A DNA stretch of 64,000 bases from Gammaproteobacteria bacterium (GTDB lineage Bacteria > Pseudomonadota > Gammaproteobacteria > UBA4575), in NCBI GenBank assembly GCA_045105615.1, contig JBGCDS010000010.1:24452-88451 (forward strand), written 5' to 3'. Within the stretch, counting starts at the first letter, position 1; each line of letters begins with the position of its first letter. Made by a program: the position numbers and the translations under genes. Shown here one piece after another: positions 22,373 to 34,275 of the stretch. Under the pieces are notes generated by a model. The model ran no database searches, was not told where the DNA came from, and saw only the letters and a list, made by a program, of their open reading frames with translations.

Positions 22373-23014
22373 TTAGGCATTCTCTTTATTAGAGCTGCCT
22401 AGATTGTCACGTTTCATTTTCAAGTACTCAACATCACCAGGCTCAGAAGAAGATATTGCTTCATCATAAGCCTTACGCGCTGCCTGATTATCTCCACGCT
22501 CTGCATACAGGTCACCACGTAATTCTTGTAGTAACGAGTGATACGCAGTTGGATATCCTTGGTCTAATAACGCCTGCGCTTTTGGATACGCGCTAGTTGC
22601 TATATACACACGCGCTAGTCGTAATTTGGCTAAAGTGATGACGGTATCTTGCTTACCGTTATCGATCACCCATTGTAAGTTTTCAATGGCGGCATCTATT
22701 TGCCCTTCGCTTTCTTTCGCTTTCGCTACGAGTAACGCACCCCAGGAGGCGTAAGGCGTTGAGGGATAATCTGCTTTAAGTTTTTCAGCTTGTACCACTA
22801 CGCTATCAATTTTTTGCGCAAGAATGCCTTTACGCATTTCATTATATTGATCGGAGGCTTCAATAGCTTGCTGCTCTTGATATACGTTCCAGCCTTTCCA
22901 ACCAATTAACGTACCCACGCCAATCACTACTCCAGCAATCACTGAGCGGCCATTTTCTTTCCACCATTCTTTGATGGCTCTTAATTGTTCATCATCTGTC
23001 TCGTGGTCAGCCAC
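22373..23014 (-). CDS. yfgM: YfgM family membrane-anchored TPR protein (ancillary SecYEG subunit)
   Basis: 213 aa. N-terminal TM, TPR-like C-terminus; synteny hisS-yfgM-bamB. Confidence 0.7.
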   Translation of the reverse strand: MADHETDDEQLRAIKEWWKENGRSVIAGVVIGVGTLIGWKGWNVYQEQQAIEASDQYNEMRKGILAQKIDSVVVQAEKLKADYPSTPYASWGALLVAKAKESEGQIDAAIENLQWVIDNGKQDTVITLAKLRLARVYIATSAYPKAQALLDQGYPTAYHSLLQELRGDLYAERGDNQAARKAYDEAISSSEPGDVEYLKMKRDNLGSSNKENA

Positions 23015-23034
23015 GGGGCCTCCTAAACTTTATA

Positions 23035-24309
23035 TTAATTCTGTTGTTTCAATAATTGCAGCAACTCATTTTCAGACAAAACCTGTTGGAGTTGTTTTTC
23101 CTGAAGGTGTTTTACAGCAATTTGTTGATTATTGACTTCGTTCTCACCAACAATCAGGGCAAGACGCGCTCCCGAGCGATCAGCACGTTTCATCTGCGAC
23201 TTGATACTACCACCTCCACAATTCATCTGAATAGCGCAATCAGGCAATTGCTGTCTAATTTTTGCTGATAGTTGAAAAGCATAGCGGCTAGCTTGATCAC
23301 CTAATGCAACGAAATAAGCATCAATCTTCGATATTGAGTCAGCCATTTGTTGTTCTGCCAGGCTTAGCAAACGCTCTAAACCAACTGCAAATCCGGCAGC
23401 ACAGGTGGACTTGCCACCCATTTGTTCAACTAATCCATCATATCTGCCACCCGCACAGATTGTGCCTTGAGCTCCCAACTCCGTGCTCACCCATTCAAAG
23501 ACTGTGCGATTGTAATAATCTAACCCTCTCACTAAGGTGGGGTTAACGCTATATTCTATGCCCATTTGATCTAACAATTGCCGCATTAAATCAAAATGAT
23601 CTTTAGCCTCTTGATCGAGAAAATCGAGCAACTTAGGCGCGTCAGCGACAATTACCTGAACCTCTGGGTTCTTGCTATCTAATACTCTTAATGGATTTGC
23701 ATGAAGACGTTTACGCGCATCTTCATCCAGTACATTTTCATGATCCGACAGGTATGCGATCAACTGATCTCTATGTTTTGCACGCGCTTCTACATCACCA
23801 AGACTGTTAAGTTGTAACTGTAAATTTTCCGCAGGCAACCCCACTGCTTGCCACATAGAACAAGTTAACACGATCAACTCGACATCAATATCTGGGCCTG
23901 GCATGCCAAAGGTTTCAACACCTAACTGATGAAATTGACGATATCTACCCTTTTGAGGACGTTCACGTCTAAAGAATGGCCCTAAGTACCAGTATCGTTG
24001 CTGTTGATTATGCAACCAACCATTTTGAATACCTGCACGTACCGCACTTGCTGTACCTTCAGGTCGCAAACCCAACCAAGCATGATCAGCTCCATCTTCA
24101 AAAGCATACATTTCTTTTTCAACGATATCGGTCACTTCACCAATAGAGCGTTTAAATAATTCTAATTTTTCTACAATAGGTGTACGAATTTCTTGGTATG
24201 CATAATTCTTTAATACGTTTAATAGTCGAGATTCCAGCATGCGCATAGCCGCCGCTTCTTCGGGGGCAAAATCGTGCATCCCACGAATAGATTGGATGTT
24301 TTTACTCAT
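23035..24309 (-). CDS. hisS: Histidine--tRNA ligase
   Basis: 424 aa. Class II aaRS motifs; HisRS family. Confidence 0.95.
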   Translation of the reverse strand: MSKNIQSIRGMHDFAPEEAAAMRMLESRLLNVLKNYAYQEIRTPIVEKLELFKRSIGEVTDIVEKEMYAFEDGADHAWLGLRPEGTASAVRAGIQNGWLHNQQQRYWYLGPFFRRERPQKGRYRQFHQLGVETFGMPGPDIDVELIVLTCSMWQAVGLPAENLQLQLNSLGDVEARAKHRDQLIAYLSDHENVLDEDARKRLHANPLRVLDSKNPEVQVIVADAPKLLDFLDQEAKDHFDLMRQLLDQMGIEYSVNPTLVRGLDYYNRTVFEWVSTELGAQGTICAGGRYDGLVEQMGGKSTCAAGFAVGLERLLSLAEQQMADSISKIDAYFVALGDQASRYAFQLSAKIRQQLPDCAIQMNCGGGSIKSQMKRADRSGARLALIVGENEVNNQQIAVKHLQEKQLQQVLSENELLQLLKQQN

Positions 24310-24341
24310 ATTTTGAACAACTAAAGAAAATAAATATGCGA

Positions 24342-25274
24342 TTAAGAATTGCTATCGTCGATCAAAAATCTTGCAGTGTTGTTTCGACGAATATAAACAG
24401 AATGATCAAATGGTTTCCCATTTATTTCTAACTGCACCCCAGGAGAGTTTCCAAGAAACACATTGAATGGTGCTTGCCCAGAAATAATTCGAGTAGCACC
24501 TGGTTTAATTAACCCATGTAGCAGTCTCCGTTTTCTTGCATCAAAAATTTCTGTCCAGCTTTCTTGAGTATATTTGACCGTGATTCTTACCTTGTCCAAC
24601 TCACCACCACTAAACGGTGCCTCAACAATTGCCGGAACCACCTGAGCTTGCTGCTGTTGCTGTGGAGCGGGTTGATCTTCTACTTCAGGCGTTGCATTTT
24701 GTTCATCAGAAATATGTTTGGGATCGATACTACCTAGCACTACATCATGCTCAGCCTCATTTTTCTGTTGTGGCTCTTGCACCTCATCGACTCCCGCCAG
24801 GTGCTCGTCATCAAATCGCTCTACTACTGATGCTAATTCAACCGGGTCCGCATCTTCTTGGTATACCCACCATGACATCAATAACCCTGACAGAATCACA
24901 ACAACAGATACCGAGCTCCAAATTACAATTGGATCAACACCTGATGAACTTATCTTTTTAGCTTTTTTAACTTGAGGAGTAACAGTATCTGTTTGCACCT
25001 CTCGATCACAAGAATAAGACACAAGTAATTGCTTAGAATCTATTTCCAGTAGCTTTGCATAACTACGGATATATCCTTTGACGAAAACATCATTTGGTAA
25101 CTGATCAAACTGATCATTTTCCAAAGCCACAACGACTTCTTCTCTCAAATGTGTCTGTCCAGCCACATAGGCAATACTATATGATGCGGACTCACGTGCT
25201 TGACGTAAAATTTCGCCTATGCGTTTATCTTCAGTTGGAACTTCAGTAGATACTGCTGTGGAATGATCAGTCAC
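24342..25274 (-). CDS. rodZ: Cytoskeleton protein RodZ (HTH, TM, periplasmic domain)
   Basis: 310 aa. N-terminal XRE-type HTH, single TM, Q/P-rich linker; synteny. Confidence 0.75.
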   Translation of the reverse strand: MTDHSTAVSTEVPTEDKRIGEILRQARESASYSIAYVAGQTHLREEVVVALENDQFDQLPNDVFVKGYIRSYAKLLEIDSKQLLVSYSCDREVQTDTVTPQVKKAKKISSSGVDPIVIWSSVSVVVILSGLLMSWWVYQEDADPVELASVVERFDDEHLAGVDEVQEPQQKNEAEHDVVLGSIDPKHISDEQNATPEVEDQPAPQQQQQAQVVPAIVEAPFSGGELDKVRITVKYTQESWTEIFDARKRRLLHGLIKPGATRIISGQAPFNVFLGNSPGVQLEINGKPFDHSVYIRRNNTARFLIDDSNS

Positions 25275-26041
25275 TAATTCAACCTCGCCAATTGTTCTGC
25301 TTCTTTTGAGCTTGGAAATTGATTATTGAGTAATTTTGCATAGCTCTGTGCAATTCTATTATTCCCTAAACCACGTTCTGTACGATATGCCAAGAGTAAA
25401 GATTGAGCCGTGTGCTGAGATACTTCCTCAAAGTCACGCAAATAGCTTTGAGATATCGCAAAATCATCTTGCAAAAAATGTGACTTAGCCAATTGGTATA
25501 GGGCTACTCTGTTACGCGGATTCAAACGAATAGTTTCTGCAAAATATTCCTGAGCAGCTTGATAGTTAGGTATCTCCATAGCACATACGCCCGCTCTTAA
25601 GCTTGTTGCTTCACGGTTCTTAAACAGAGGATTATCTAGTGTCTTACCGAAATGGGTATCTGCTTCTTGATATCTAGCTTTACGGCACAAGAAAGACGCA
25701 TAGTTTTGCTGTGCTCTAGAGTCTTTCGGGTCGATCTTTATCGCCTCTTTATAATAGTACTCTGCTGCTTTAGGCTGATTAAGTTTCTCTTGCAAGATCG
25801 CATAGGTCCATCTAGCAACTGATGAATCAGGGTCCTGTTCAAAAACTTTTTGTAGCTTATCGTCCGCAAGCTGGTAATCACCACTAGCAATATAACTTGC
25901 TGCCAACTGTATATTGATATCAGCTGCTTCAGAATTTCTCTCTACCCGCCCCGAATCACGATCACTGGAATGGCGCGTGGTCTGCGTTGTACACGAAACT
26001 GTTGTTATAACGCTCACAATTATCAACACTATTAAACGCAT
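25274..26041 (-). CDS. pilW: Type IV pilus biogenesis/stability TPR lipoprotein PilW (PilF)
   Basis: 255 aa. Lipobox VSC; TPR repeats; position between rlmN and rodZ. Confidence 0.7.
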   Translation of the reverse strand: MRLIVLIIVSVITTVSCTTQTTRHSSDRDSGRVERNSEAADINIQLAASYIASGDYQLADDKLQKVFEQDPDSSVARWTYAILQEKLNQPKAAEYYYKEAIKIDPKDSRAQQNYASFLCRKARYQEADTHFGKTLDNPLFKNREATSLRAGVCAMEIPNYQAAQEYFAETIRLNPRNRVALYQLAKSHFLQDDFAISQSYLRDFEEVSQHTAQSLLLAYRTERGLGNNRIAQSYAKLLNNQFPSSKEAEQLARLN

Positions 26042-27198
26042 TCTGTTTCAATTCTCCGACTAATTAGTGAACGCTCGTACATTTTCACATAATGATTACC
26101 ACGATGCACACGGTCTGCTACTTGGCCCGCTAATTGTCCGCAGGCAGCAGCAATATCTTCTCCTCGAGGTCGCCGAGTGATGACGACAATATTATTTCTC
26201 ATCAGTACTTGGCTAAATTTATCTATCGCTTCTTGACTAGAACGCTGATAACCAGACTGCTCAAATGCATTAAATGGAATTAAATTTATTTTAGCGCGAA
26301 TACCCTTTAGTAAATTAACAAGTTGTTGAGCTTGCTCTTCGCTATCATTCACACCATCCAACATGACGTATTCAAAAGTAACGCTTTCTTTACGATTTTT
26401 ATTATCCAAATAGCGTTGGCATGCAGCTAACAATTGCTCGATAGGGTACTTTCTATTAATTGGCACTAATTCATTTCTAACTTCATCGGTTGGAGCATGC
26501 AATGAAATTGCTAAGCTCACATCTACTGCCTGTGATAATTCATCAATCTTTGGCACGACACCTGATGTGCTCACAGTAACTTTACGCTTACCCATACCGT
26601 AAGCAAAATCATCTAACAATAAATTCACGACAGGCAAAACGTTTTTAAAGTTCAATAGCGGCTCACCCATACCCATGAACACCACATTGGTAAGCATCTG
26701 CTTACCATTATACAGAGAGCGTAATCGTTGATCTGCTACCCATACCTGTCCGATGATCTCTGCCGCAGTAAGGTTACGATTAAAGCCCTGTCTGGCGGTC
26801 GCGCAAAATGTGCAATCCAATGCACAGCCTACTTGTGATGAAATACATAGCGTTCCACGTGTAGATTCAGGAATATAAACTGCTTCTATCGCGTTGGTTT
26901 TACCATCGCTATCTTCACCAACATTTAATAACCACTTAATCGTGCCATCTTCAGAAAAATGTTCTGATTCAATGCTAGGGAAAGTAATTTTACTATTAGC
27001 TTGTAACAACTCACGAAGTGACTTACTCAGATCAGTCATCTCATTGATGTCAGTGATGCCACGTTGATACAACCATTGCAATATCTGTTGGGCGCGGAAT
27101 TTCTTTTCACCGCGCTCAACAAAAATTTTCTCTAGCGAAACCCGATCAATGCCGACCAGGTTCACCAGATTATCTGCATTGTTTATGCTCGCGGACAA
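26032..27198 (-). CDS. rlmN: 23S rRNA m2A2503 / tRNA m2A37 methyltransferase, radical SAM
   Basis: 388 aa. [10 protein letters not shown] radical-SAM Cys motif; RlmN family. Confidence 0.9.
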   Translation of the reverse strand: MSASINNADNLVNLVGIDRVSLEKIFVERGEKKFRAQQILQWLYQRGITDINEMTDLSKSLRELLQANSKITFPSIESEHFSEDGTIKWLLNVGEDSDGKTNAIEAVYIPESTRGTLCISSQVGCALDCTFCATARQGFNRNLTAAEIIGQVWVADQRLRSLYNGKQMLTNVVFMGMGEPLLNFKNVLPVVNLLLDDFAYGMGKRKVTVSTSGVVPKIDELSQAVDVSLAISLHAPTDEVRNELVPINRKYPIEQLLAACQRYLDNKNRKESVTFEYVMLDGVNDSEEQAQQLVNLLKGIRAKINLIPFNAFEQSGYQRSSQEAIDKFSQVLMRNNIVVITRRPRGEDIAAACGQLAGQVADRVHRGNHYVKMYERSLISRRIETECV

Positions 27199-27611
27199 AG
27201 CTCACCTTCTGAGAAGAAATGTGCAATTTCAACTGCTGCTGTTTCTGGCGCATCAGAACCATGAACTGCGTTAGCATCAATGCTATCTGCGAAGTCAGCA
27301 CGTATTGTTCCAGGCGCCGCTTCTGCTGGGTTAGTTGCACCCATGACGTCACGATTCTTTTTAATCGCGCCTTCACCTTCCAATACTTGAACCACAACCG
27401 GGCCAGAAGTCATGAAACTTACAAGGTCTTTATAAAAAGGACGTTCCTTATGAACTGCATAAAATCCCTCAGCTTGTTCTTGTGTCAGTTGTAGCATTTT
27501 AGCTGCCACAATTTGTAATCCAGCTTTTTCAAATCGACTGTAAATCTCGCCAATTACATTTTTTGCTACTGCATCAGGTTTAATGATGGAACAAGTGCGC
27601 TCCTTTGCCAT
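27183..27611 (-). CDS. ndk: Nucleoside diphosphate kinase
   Basis: 142 aa. NAVHGSD active-site His motif. Confidence 0.95.
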   Translation of the reverse strand: MAKERTCSIIKPDAVAKNVIGEIYSRFEKAGLQIVAAKMLQLTQEQAEGFYAVHKERPFYKDLVSFMTSGPVVVQVLEGEGAIKKNRDVMGATNPAEAAPGTIRADFADSIDANAVHGSDAPETAAVEIAHFFSEGELCPRA

Positions 27612-27730
27612 TTTCTAGATCTCCAAGGTTTAAGTTAATTTTCAGAAATAAGGTCTAATCGATTAATTCTACTCGGATATTACCCAGGTGTGAACGGCTA
27701 GCCCCGTTAAATGAGCCAACTAAATTTGAA

Positions 27731-27768
27731 TATCGGGGAAAAGCCTCGCTACGGATGTATTTCGAGGC
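27731..27768 (-). terminator. Rho-independent terminator-like hairpin downstream of iscX (stem GCCTCG/CGAGGC followed by a T-run on the minus strand)
   Basis: Inverted repeat 27742-27747/27762-27767; reverse complement followed by TTTTCCCC. Confidence 0.4.
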
Positions 27769-27790
27769 GGATTACTAATAAATTACCGAA

Positions 27791-28042
27791 TTAATCTCTC
27801 TCGTCGAGCCAAGCCATCTGAATAGCCTCAAGTACGCGCTCGTTAGATTTCTCAGGATCGTCTTCAAATTCTGCTAATTCGCATACCCAGGCATGCAAAT
27901 CAGTAAATCTTACGTATTGAGGGTCGACATCAGTATGTTTTTCATCAAGCTCAATCGCAATATCCAAGGTATCTGTCCATCTCAAACCCATGTTATCTCC
28001 CTTTATAACTTCAGAGTCAGACTTAATGATTCTCTGAAACAA
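27791..28042 (-). CDS. iscX: Fe-S cluster assembly protein IscX
   Basis: 83 aa acidic protein; position after fdx. Confidence 0.8.
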   Translation of the reverse strand: MFQRIIKSDSEVIKGDNMGLRWTDTLDIAIELDEKHTDVDPQYVRFTDLHAWVCELAEFEDDPEKSNERVLEAIQMAWLDERD

Positions 28043-28382
28043 GATTAATTGTGTATTTTGGAATCTCGATAGTTAAATCTTCCTCACCCACAATTGCTTG
28101 GCAACTCAACCGTGATTCAGTATCCAAGCCCCATGCCTTATCCAGATAATCCTCTTCCATTTCGGTTGCCTCAGAAAGAGAATCTAAACCTGATCGCACA
28201 TGTATGTGGCAGGTTGTGCATGCACATGATTTCTCACATGCATGTTCTATTTCAATACCATGTTTAAGTGCTGCATCACATACACTTAAGCCAGGTTCAA
28301 CGTCGACAGTTTTGCCTTCAGGACAAATTTGTTCGTGAGGTAAAAAAGTTAATTTAGGCATAATAGTTTCTTCACTTTTCAA
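28023..28382 (-). CDS. fdx: [2Fe-2S] ferredoxin of the ISC system
   Basis: 119 aa. Cys ligands CxxxxxCxxC...C. Confidence 0.9.
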   Translation of the reverse strand: MKSEETIMPKLTFLPHEQICPEGKTVDVEPGLSVCDAALKHGIEIEHACEKSCACTTCHIHVRSGLDSLSEATEMEEDYLDKAWGLDTESRLSCQAIVGEEDLTIEIPKYTINLVSENH

Positions 28383-30240
28383 ATTCTTCTAGTTTGCGAC
28401 CTTTCATCATCGTGCGCACACTGTTATTCATGCGCCGCGCTACATACTCTTCACTAGCTGCTTCTACATTTTTTATCGCCTGTTTGATTTGTTCTGCATC
28501 AGATGCATTATTCCTTGTGTCAATTAACGCATCTCGCTGACTAATGATTTTCTCTAACTCTTCCTGTTCAAGCAATTGTTTACCATCTTTGGCTAATGCG
28601 GAATTAAGGGCTTCTACTACACGATCTGCTTCAACCTGCTCTTCCCGCAAACTACGCGCAACCATATCTTCTTGTGCATGATCCATCGATGCTTTCAGCA
28701 TCCCTTCGATTTCAGAATCCGTCAGTCCATAAGAAGGTTTCACTTCTATACTAGCAGAAACACCGGTATTCACTTCTTGCGCGCTAACACTTAATAGACC
28801 ATCTGCATCTACTTGAAATGTCACTTTAATTTTTGCCGCGCCTGCAACTAGTGGTGGCAAACCAGTTAAATCAAAGGTGGCTAGCGACCTGCAATCGGAT
28901 ACTAGTTCTCGCTCACCCTGCAAGACATGCACTCGCATAGCCGTTTGCCCATCTTTATAAGTAGTAAACTCCTGTGCACGTGCGACAGGGATAGTTGTGT
29001 TTCGATTAACGATTTTCTCAACCAATCCACCCATTGTTTCTATGCCCAAAGACAATGGAATCACATCAAGCAATAACATTTCGTCACCCGGTTTATTGCC
29101 GGCCAGTATGTCAGCTTGTATAGCTGCACCAATAGCGACTACTCGATCTGGATCAATATTAGTATGTGGTGCTTTATCAAAAAATTTTTCTACCTGCGCT
29201 CTCACCAATGGCACACGCGTTGAACCACCCACCATCACAACTTCAGAAACATCTTCTTTCTCTATGCCTGCGTCACGCAGAGCTCGTCGAGAGGCCACGA
29301 TAGTTTTCTTCACATAAGACTCAATTAACTGATCAAATTGTTCGCGTGTTAATTCACATTTGGAATAACCAGCAACTTCGATAACAGTTGAACACTCACT
29401 AGTTAACTGTTCTTTTGCATATCTTGCAGAAGATAAGAGCCTTCTCATGGCAATATCATCTTTGCGTATTGAAGGGTCTAATTTTTCAATCACCCAGTTA
29501 GCAATCGCATGATCAAAATCATCACCACCCAATGCAGAGTTTCCACCGGTTGCCATGACTTCAAATACACCTTTTCTTAAGCGTAATATTGATACATCAA
29601 AGGTGCCACCACCCAGGTCATAAACAGCAATTACACCCTCAGCCGATTGATCTAGGCCATAGGCTATCGCAGCCGCAGTCGGCTCATTGAGCAAGCGATA
29701 CACATTTAGACCCGCTAATGTTGCTGCATCTTTAGTTGCTTGTCGTTGAGAGTCATCAAAATATGCAGGTACAGTAATAACAGCACCTACCAGTTCACCA
29801 CCTAACGTTTTTTCTGCACGCTGTTTGAGCGCCAACAAAATGTCAGAGGAAATCTCTACAGCAGTGCGTGGTCCTAATGCGGTTTTTACCCGTGGCACAC
29901 TATCGTTATTACTCTCAAATTGAAACGGAACGTAATCATTCGTTACCTGGATATCTTGAGCTGAACGCCCTAATACGCGCTTGATTGAAGCAATCGTATT
30001 TAATGGGTCTTTAGAAAATTTTTCTAGCGCACTTACGCCCACTTCCGGTGCCTTTCCTTCAGCATAATAAACAACTGAAGGCAGTATCGCCCGACCATCA
30101 TCATCAACCAGCGTTTCTGCAACACCACTGCGCACAGATGCCACCAATGAATTAGTCGTTCCAAGGTCGATACCCACCGCCAAACGATGCTCATGCGGTG
30201 CGGTAGACATTCCTGGTTCTGAAATTTGTAATAAGGCCAT
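28372..30240 (-). CDS. hscA: Fe-S protein assembly chaperone HscA (Hsp70 family)
   Basis: 622 aa. GIDLGTTNS motif; HscA family. Confidence 0.95.
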   Translation of the reverse strand: MALLQISEPGMSTAPHEHRLAVGIDLGTTNSLVASVRSGVAETLVDDDGRAILPSVVYYAEGKAPEVGVSALEKFSKDPLNTIASIKRVLGRSAQDIQVTNDYVPFQFESNNDSVPRVKTALGPRTAVEISSDILLALKQRAEKTLGGELVGAVITVPAYFDDSQRQATKDAATLAGLNVYRLLNEPTAAAIAYGLDQSAEGVIAVYDLGGGTFDVSILRLRKGVFEVMATGGNSALGGDDFDHAIANWVIEKLDPSIRKDDIAMRRLLSSARYAKEQLTSECSTVIEVAGYSKCELTREQFDQLIESYVKKTIVASRRALRDAGIEKEDVSEVVMVGGSTRVPLVRAQVEKFFDKAPHTNIDPDRVVAIGAAIQADILAGNKPGDEMLLLDVIPLSLGIETMGGLVEKIVNRNTTIPVARAQEFTTYKDGQTAMRVHVLQGERELVSDCRSLATFDLTGLPPLVAGAAKIKVTFQVDADGLLSVSAQEVNTGVSASIEVKPSYGLTDSEIEGMLKASMDHAQEDMVARSLREEQVEADRVVEALNSALAKDGKQLLEQEELEKIISQRDALIDTRNNASDAEQIKQAIKNVEAASEEYVARRMNNSVRTMMKGRKLEEFEK

Positions 30241-30246
30241 ATGTTT

Positions 30247-30789
30247 TTAGAGTATCTGATCTTCCAAGGCTTCTTGTTTTTGGTTTATCTGCTGCTGCAG
30301 TCTTGTAAAAAACTGTAGCTTCAACACAACTTCTTTAGCCTCATCCCACTGCTGTGTATTAAAATAAGTTTGATAATTTTCAATCAGCTGAGATTTTTCC
30401 TGTTTTGATTGACGTGCCAGATCGTCTAGAGACTCGAGCGGATCTTCCTGCCGATCAACTTCATCTATCTGTTCTCGCAGACTCATTTGAGCCATTAAGA
30501 AATCCATATCTTTAGTTGTATCTTTTTCTGTATTAAAAGGCACATTCTGTAATTCAAGTAAGTAACGCGCCCTTAATGACTCATCTTGCAGGGTTTTATG
30601 TGCTTCATTAATAAACGTAGTTGCCTGCATAGCAATGCGCTTAGCCTGATCATTACCTTCTATAAATCGATCGGGGTGAAATTGAGACTGCAGCGCTTGA
30701 TATTGATTAGCTAACTTAGCAGTATCAATATGGAATCGCGTCTCAAGCTCAAACAGCTCGAAGTAATTTCGAGAGAAATTAAATTCCAT
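30247..30789 (-). CDS. hscB: Co-chaperone HscB (J-domain)
   Basis: 180 aa. HPD motif (QFHPDRF). Confidence 0.85.
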   Translation of the reverse strand: MEFNFSRNYFELFELETRFHIDTAKLANQYQALQSQFHPDRFIEGNDQAKRIAMQATTFINEAHKTLQDESLRARYLLELQNVPFNTEKDTTKDMDFLMAQMSLREQIDEVDRQEDPLESLDDLARQSKQEKSQLIENYQTYFNTQQWDEAKEVVLKLQFFTRLQQQINQKQEALEDQIL

Positions 30790-30832
30790 AAATAGTTAGA
30801 TTCGTAAAAACTAGATGAAAATACTAGACAGT

Positions 30833-31156
30833 CTAAACAGTAAAGCTTTCGCCACAACCGCAGCGATCTTTTTCATTTGGGTTATTAAATTTAAACCCTT
30901 CATTTAGGCCTTCTTTTGCAAAGTCGAGCTCGGTGCCATCCAAATAGACTAGGCTTTTTGGATTAATTAATATTTTCACACCGTTTTCTTCAAACACTGT
31001 ATCTGTATCTTCAACCGCATCGGCAAACTCTATGGTGTAAGCCATACCGGAGCAACCAGTCGTTTTCACACCAAGACGTACCCCAACTCCCTTCCCACGT
31101 TTCTCTAGGAAGGTTTTAACACGATTTGCAGCGCTGTCAGTTAATGAAATAGACAT
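30833..31156 (-). CDS. iscA: Iron-sulfur cluster assembly protein IscA (A-type carrier)
   Basis: 107 aa. C-terminal CGCGESF motif. Confidence 0.9.
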   Translation of the reverse strand: MSISLTDSAANRVKTFLEKRGKGVGVRLGVKTTGCSGMAYTIEFADAVEDTDTVFEENGVKILINPKSLVYLDGTELDFAKEGLNEGFKFNNPNEKDRCGCGESFTV

Positions 31157-31165
31157 TAGCTTAAA

Positions 31166-31570
31166 CTACGCGCGCTTCTTTTCTTTAGCTGTGTCTTGCT
31201 TACCTTGATAATCGGTAATCGCAGCACGAATAGCATCCTCTGCTAATACTGAGCAATGAATCTTCACTGGTGGCAATGCAAGTTCTTCAGCAATATCAGA
31301 ATTTTTAATCTGACTTGCCTCATCTAAAGTTTTTCCTTTAACCCACTCTGTAAGTAAGCTGGAAGAAGCAATCGCTGATCCGCAACCGTAAGTTTTGAAC
31401 TTAGCATCCTCAATAACGCCATTCTCACCAACTTGGATTTGCAGCTTCATTACGTCACCACATGCAGGTGCGCCAACCATGCCAGTACCCACACTTGCAT
31501 CTTCTTTATCTAATGTCCCTACGTTACGGGGATTCTCGTAGTGATCTAATACTTTTTCGCCATATGCCAT
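31166..31570 (-). CDS. iscU: Fe-S cluster scaffold protein IscU
   Basis: 134 aa. GAPACGD, LPPVK motifs. Confidence 0.95.
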   Translation of the reverse strand: MAYGEKVLDHYENPRNVGTLDKEDASVGTGMVGAPACGDVMKLQIQVGENGVIEDAKFKTYGCGSAIASSSLLTEWVKGKTLDEASQIKNSDIAEELALPPVKIHCSVLAEDAIRAAITDYQGKQDTAKEKKRA

Positions 31571-31604
31571 TGTTCGACTCCTTAAATTTAAATATACCTA
31601 ATTA

Positions 31605-32828
31605 TTAATGTGCGGCCCATTCGATGGACTTCAAGTCCACGCCGTCTTTATACATATCCCATAACGGCGAAAGATCACGCAATTTACTCACTGCTTCTCT
31701 AATTACCTTAATAGCATGATCTACATCCTGCTCTGTGGTGAAACGTCCAATACTGAAACGTAGTGAACTATGCGCTAATTCATCATCACGTCCTAACGCT
31801 CTCAATACATAGCTAGGCTCCAATGATGCGCTGGTGCATGCAGAACCAGAAGATATTGCAATATCTTTAAGCGCCATAATTAAGCTTTCACCTTCAACAA
31901 AATTAAAACTCATGTTCAAGTTATGTGGCACGCGATGATCTAAGTCACCATTAATATAAACCTCTTCCATATCATTTAAACCATTGAGCAAACGGTCTCT
32001 TAGCATACGAGTACGTTCGTTCTCGCTTGCCATTTCTTCTTTAGCAATTCTAAATGCTTCACCCATACCAACAATTTGATGAGTCGGCAAAGTGCCAGAA
32101 CGCATACCACGCTCATGACCACCGCCATGCATTTGCGCTTCGATACGTACACGCGGTTTACGGCACACATAAAGAGCACCGATACCTTTAGGTCCATATA
32201 TTTTATGTGCAGAAAAACTCATTAAATCGACATTCATATCTTTAACATCGATTTCTACTTTACCCGGGCTTTGCGCAGCATCTACATGAAAGATTATTTT
32301 TTTCTTACGTGCCAATGCACCAATTGCTTTAATGTCTTGCACAACGCCAATTTCATTATTCACATGCATAATAGAAATTAACACTGTGTCATCGCGGATG
32401 GCCTCTTTAAGCTTATCCATATTAACCAAGCCATCTGTCTGAGGCTCTAAATATGTCACCTCAAAACCTTCTCTCTCTAACTGTCTACAGGTATCTAGCA
32501 CAGCCTTATGTTCAGTTTTTAGAGTAATAATGTGTTTGCCATTTTTGCTATAAAAATGCGCAGCACCTTTAATCGCTAGATTATCAGATTCAGTTGCACC
32601 ACTCGTCCAAACAATTTCTTTAGGGTCAGCATTGACTAATGCAGCAACGTTTTTTCTTGCTTCATCTATCGCTTCTTCAGCTTTCCAACCAAACGCATGA
32701 CTTCTCGATGCTGGATTACCAAAATTACCTTCCGGGGTTAAGCACTCCATCATTGCTTTTGCTACGCGCGGATCAACTGGCGTGGTAGCACTATAATCAA
32801 GGTAGATGGGTAGTTTTAACTCGCTCAC
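31605..32828 (-). CDS. iscS: Cysteine desulfurase IscS
   Basis: 407 aa. [15 protein letters not shown]-lysine motif; SSGSACTS active Cys. Confidence 0.95.
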   Translation of the reverse strand: MSELKLPIYLDYSATTPVDPRVAKAMMECLTPEGNFGNPASRSHAFGWKAEEAIDEARKNVAALVNADPKEIVWTSGATESDNLAIKGAAHFYSKNGKHIITLKTEHKAVLDTCRQLEREGFEVTYLEPQTDGLVNMDKLKEAIRDDTVLISIMHVNNEIGVVQDIKAIGALARKKKIIFHVDAAQSPGKVEIDVKDMNVDLMSFSAHKIYGPKGIGALYVCRKPRVRIEAQMHGGGHERGMRSGTLPTHQIVGMGEAFRIAKEEMASENERTRMLRDRLLNGLNDMEEVYINGDLDHRVPHNLNMSFNFVEGESLIMALKDIAISSGSACTSASLEPSYVLRALGRDDELAHSSLRFSIGRFTTEQDVDHAIKVIREAVSKLRDLSPLWDMYKDGVDLKSIEWAAH

Positions 32829-32868
32829 TGATAATATCCTTTATTAAATTCTTTTACGTTTTTTAAAC

Positions 32869-33336
32869 TTACTGAAAATCAACTCGCTGCTCACTGCCGA
32901 GCATACGATCCTGTCGTTCTGCCACTTCAACCACACGTTGTTTATTGATGGCATCTTCCAATGTAATTCCTGAGAGAAAAACATGTATCTGCGAACTTAG
33001 TTCTTCCCATAACTCATGGGTCAAACAACGCTGCTGGTTTTGGCAATCTGCATTACCGCCACATCGAGTAGCATCTACATTCTCATCCACTGCGGTAATA
33101 ATATCGGCAATAGCAATCTTATCCGTAGCATGTGCTAGACGATAACCACCGCCAGGTCCTCGCGTACTTGCCACTAAACCACGTCGACGCATGCGGCCAA
33201 ATAACTGCTCTAAGTATGAAAGTGAAATACCCTGTCTTTCGGATATATCGCTCAGCGACACAGGACCTTCTGTTTGATGGATAGCCACATCAAACATTGC
33301 TGTCACTGCATATCTGCCTTTAGTACTAAGTTTCAT
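32869..33336 (-). CDS. iscR: Fe-S cluster assembly transcriptional regulator IscR (Rrf2 family)
   Basis: 155 aa. Rrf2 HTH; three Cys cluster ligands CGGNADC...C. Confidence 0.9.
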   Translation of the reverse strand: MKLSTKGRYAVTAMFDVAIHQTEGPVSLSDISERQGISLSYLEQLFGRMRRRGLVASTRGPGGGYRLAHATDKIAIADIITAVDENVDATRCGGNADCQNQQRCLTHELWEELSSQIHVFLSGITLEDAINKQRVVEVAERQDRMLGSEQRVDFQ

Positions 33337-33374
33337 TTTTGATCACCGATGTCATGATGGCGAAAATGATACCA

Positions 33375-33399
33375 ATACCCGACTATTTTAATCAAGTAT
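33375..33399. promoter_or_regulatory. Putative IscR type-1 operator in the iscR promoter region (ATACCCGACTATTTTAATCAAGTAT)
   Basis: Near match to the type-1 IscR motif ATASYYGACTRwwwYAGTCRRSTAT, about 40-60 bp upstream of the iscR start. Confidence 0.4.
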
Positions 33400-33459
33400 A
33401 GCTAACGGGCTAGTTGTACAGGCTTATGCAGGCTAAAAAATGCCTGATATTTCCATAAG

Positions 33460-34200
33460 CTATTGTTTTAAAATACTTTTTAATATACCCCTGAGAATAT
33501 TGATTTCTGCACTGCTCATTTGTGTACGGTCGAACAGTCGTCTCATCTTTCGCATTAAGGGTGTGGGATTGTCTTTATCCAGAAATTCAATTTTATCTAA
33601 CGCTTGCCATAAATGTTCATAAAACCCTTCTCTCTCTGCAACTGGTGCAAGCGCCTTACCCTGAGCTGGCTCACTTCTGGATACTCCATGCTGCACATCT
33701 AACTGAGCAACATGCCATTCATAACATAAAATTTGTATGGCGGCGGCAATATTCAGTGATCCGTAATCACTATTAGAAGGAATCGTGCAAACTGTACTGC
33801 ATAGGTCAATTTCTTCATTACTTAGTCCATTTCTTTCTCGACCAAATACCCAAGCTACTTGGGTCTGTTGGGAATCATTGAGCATTTGCTGCATAAGCTC
33901 TTTCGGTGTCACCACCGGTGCAGATAATTTTCGGTTACGCGCAGTAATACCCACGACATTCTGACAGTCTGCGACAGCATCAGTCAGAGTATTGAATTGT
34001 TGCGCGTTTTCGAGAATATCCGCAGCACCCGAAGCTCGTGCAAAGGCGGCAGGATCTGGAAATTTCTTAGGTATCACTAAGCCAAGATCATAAAGACACA
34101 TGGTTTTCATAGCACGCGCTGCTGCCCCAATATTGCCAGGGTGCGACGTCTCTACCATTACTACTCTGGGTTGTTTGATTTTAGTTTGCATCTGTTCCAT
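33460..34200 (-). CDS. trmJ: tRNA (cytidine/uridine-2'-O-)-methyltransferase TrmJ (SPOUT)
   Basis: 246 aa. SpoU family; divergent from suhB as in enterics. Confidence 0.85.
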   Translation of the reverse strand: MEQMQTKIKQPRVVMVETSHPGNIGAAARAMKTMCLYDLGLVIPKKFPDPAAFARASGAADILENAQQFNTLTDAVADCQNVVGITARNRKLSAPVVTPKELMQQMLNDSQQTQVAWVFGRERNGLSNEEIDLCSTVCTIPSNSDYGSLNIAAAIQILCYEWHVAQLDVQHGVSRSEPAQGKALAPVAEREGFYEHLWQALDKIEFLDKDNPTPLMRKMRRLFDRTQMSSAEINILRGILKSILKQ

Positions 34201-34275
34201 GGATTATTAAGCTTACAAATTGATTCGTCTCTGCTACTCTTTGCCGCCAATTCAAACGAACCGCTTATTTAAAAT

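Noticed and set aside
27696-27735. Second inverted repeat (CCCCG...CGGGG) between ndk and iscX
   Set aside because: A loop of about 30 nt is too large for a stable terminator. The neighbouring GCCTCG/CGAGGC hairpin with a T-run is the better candidate.
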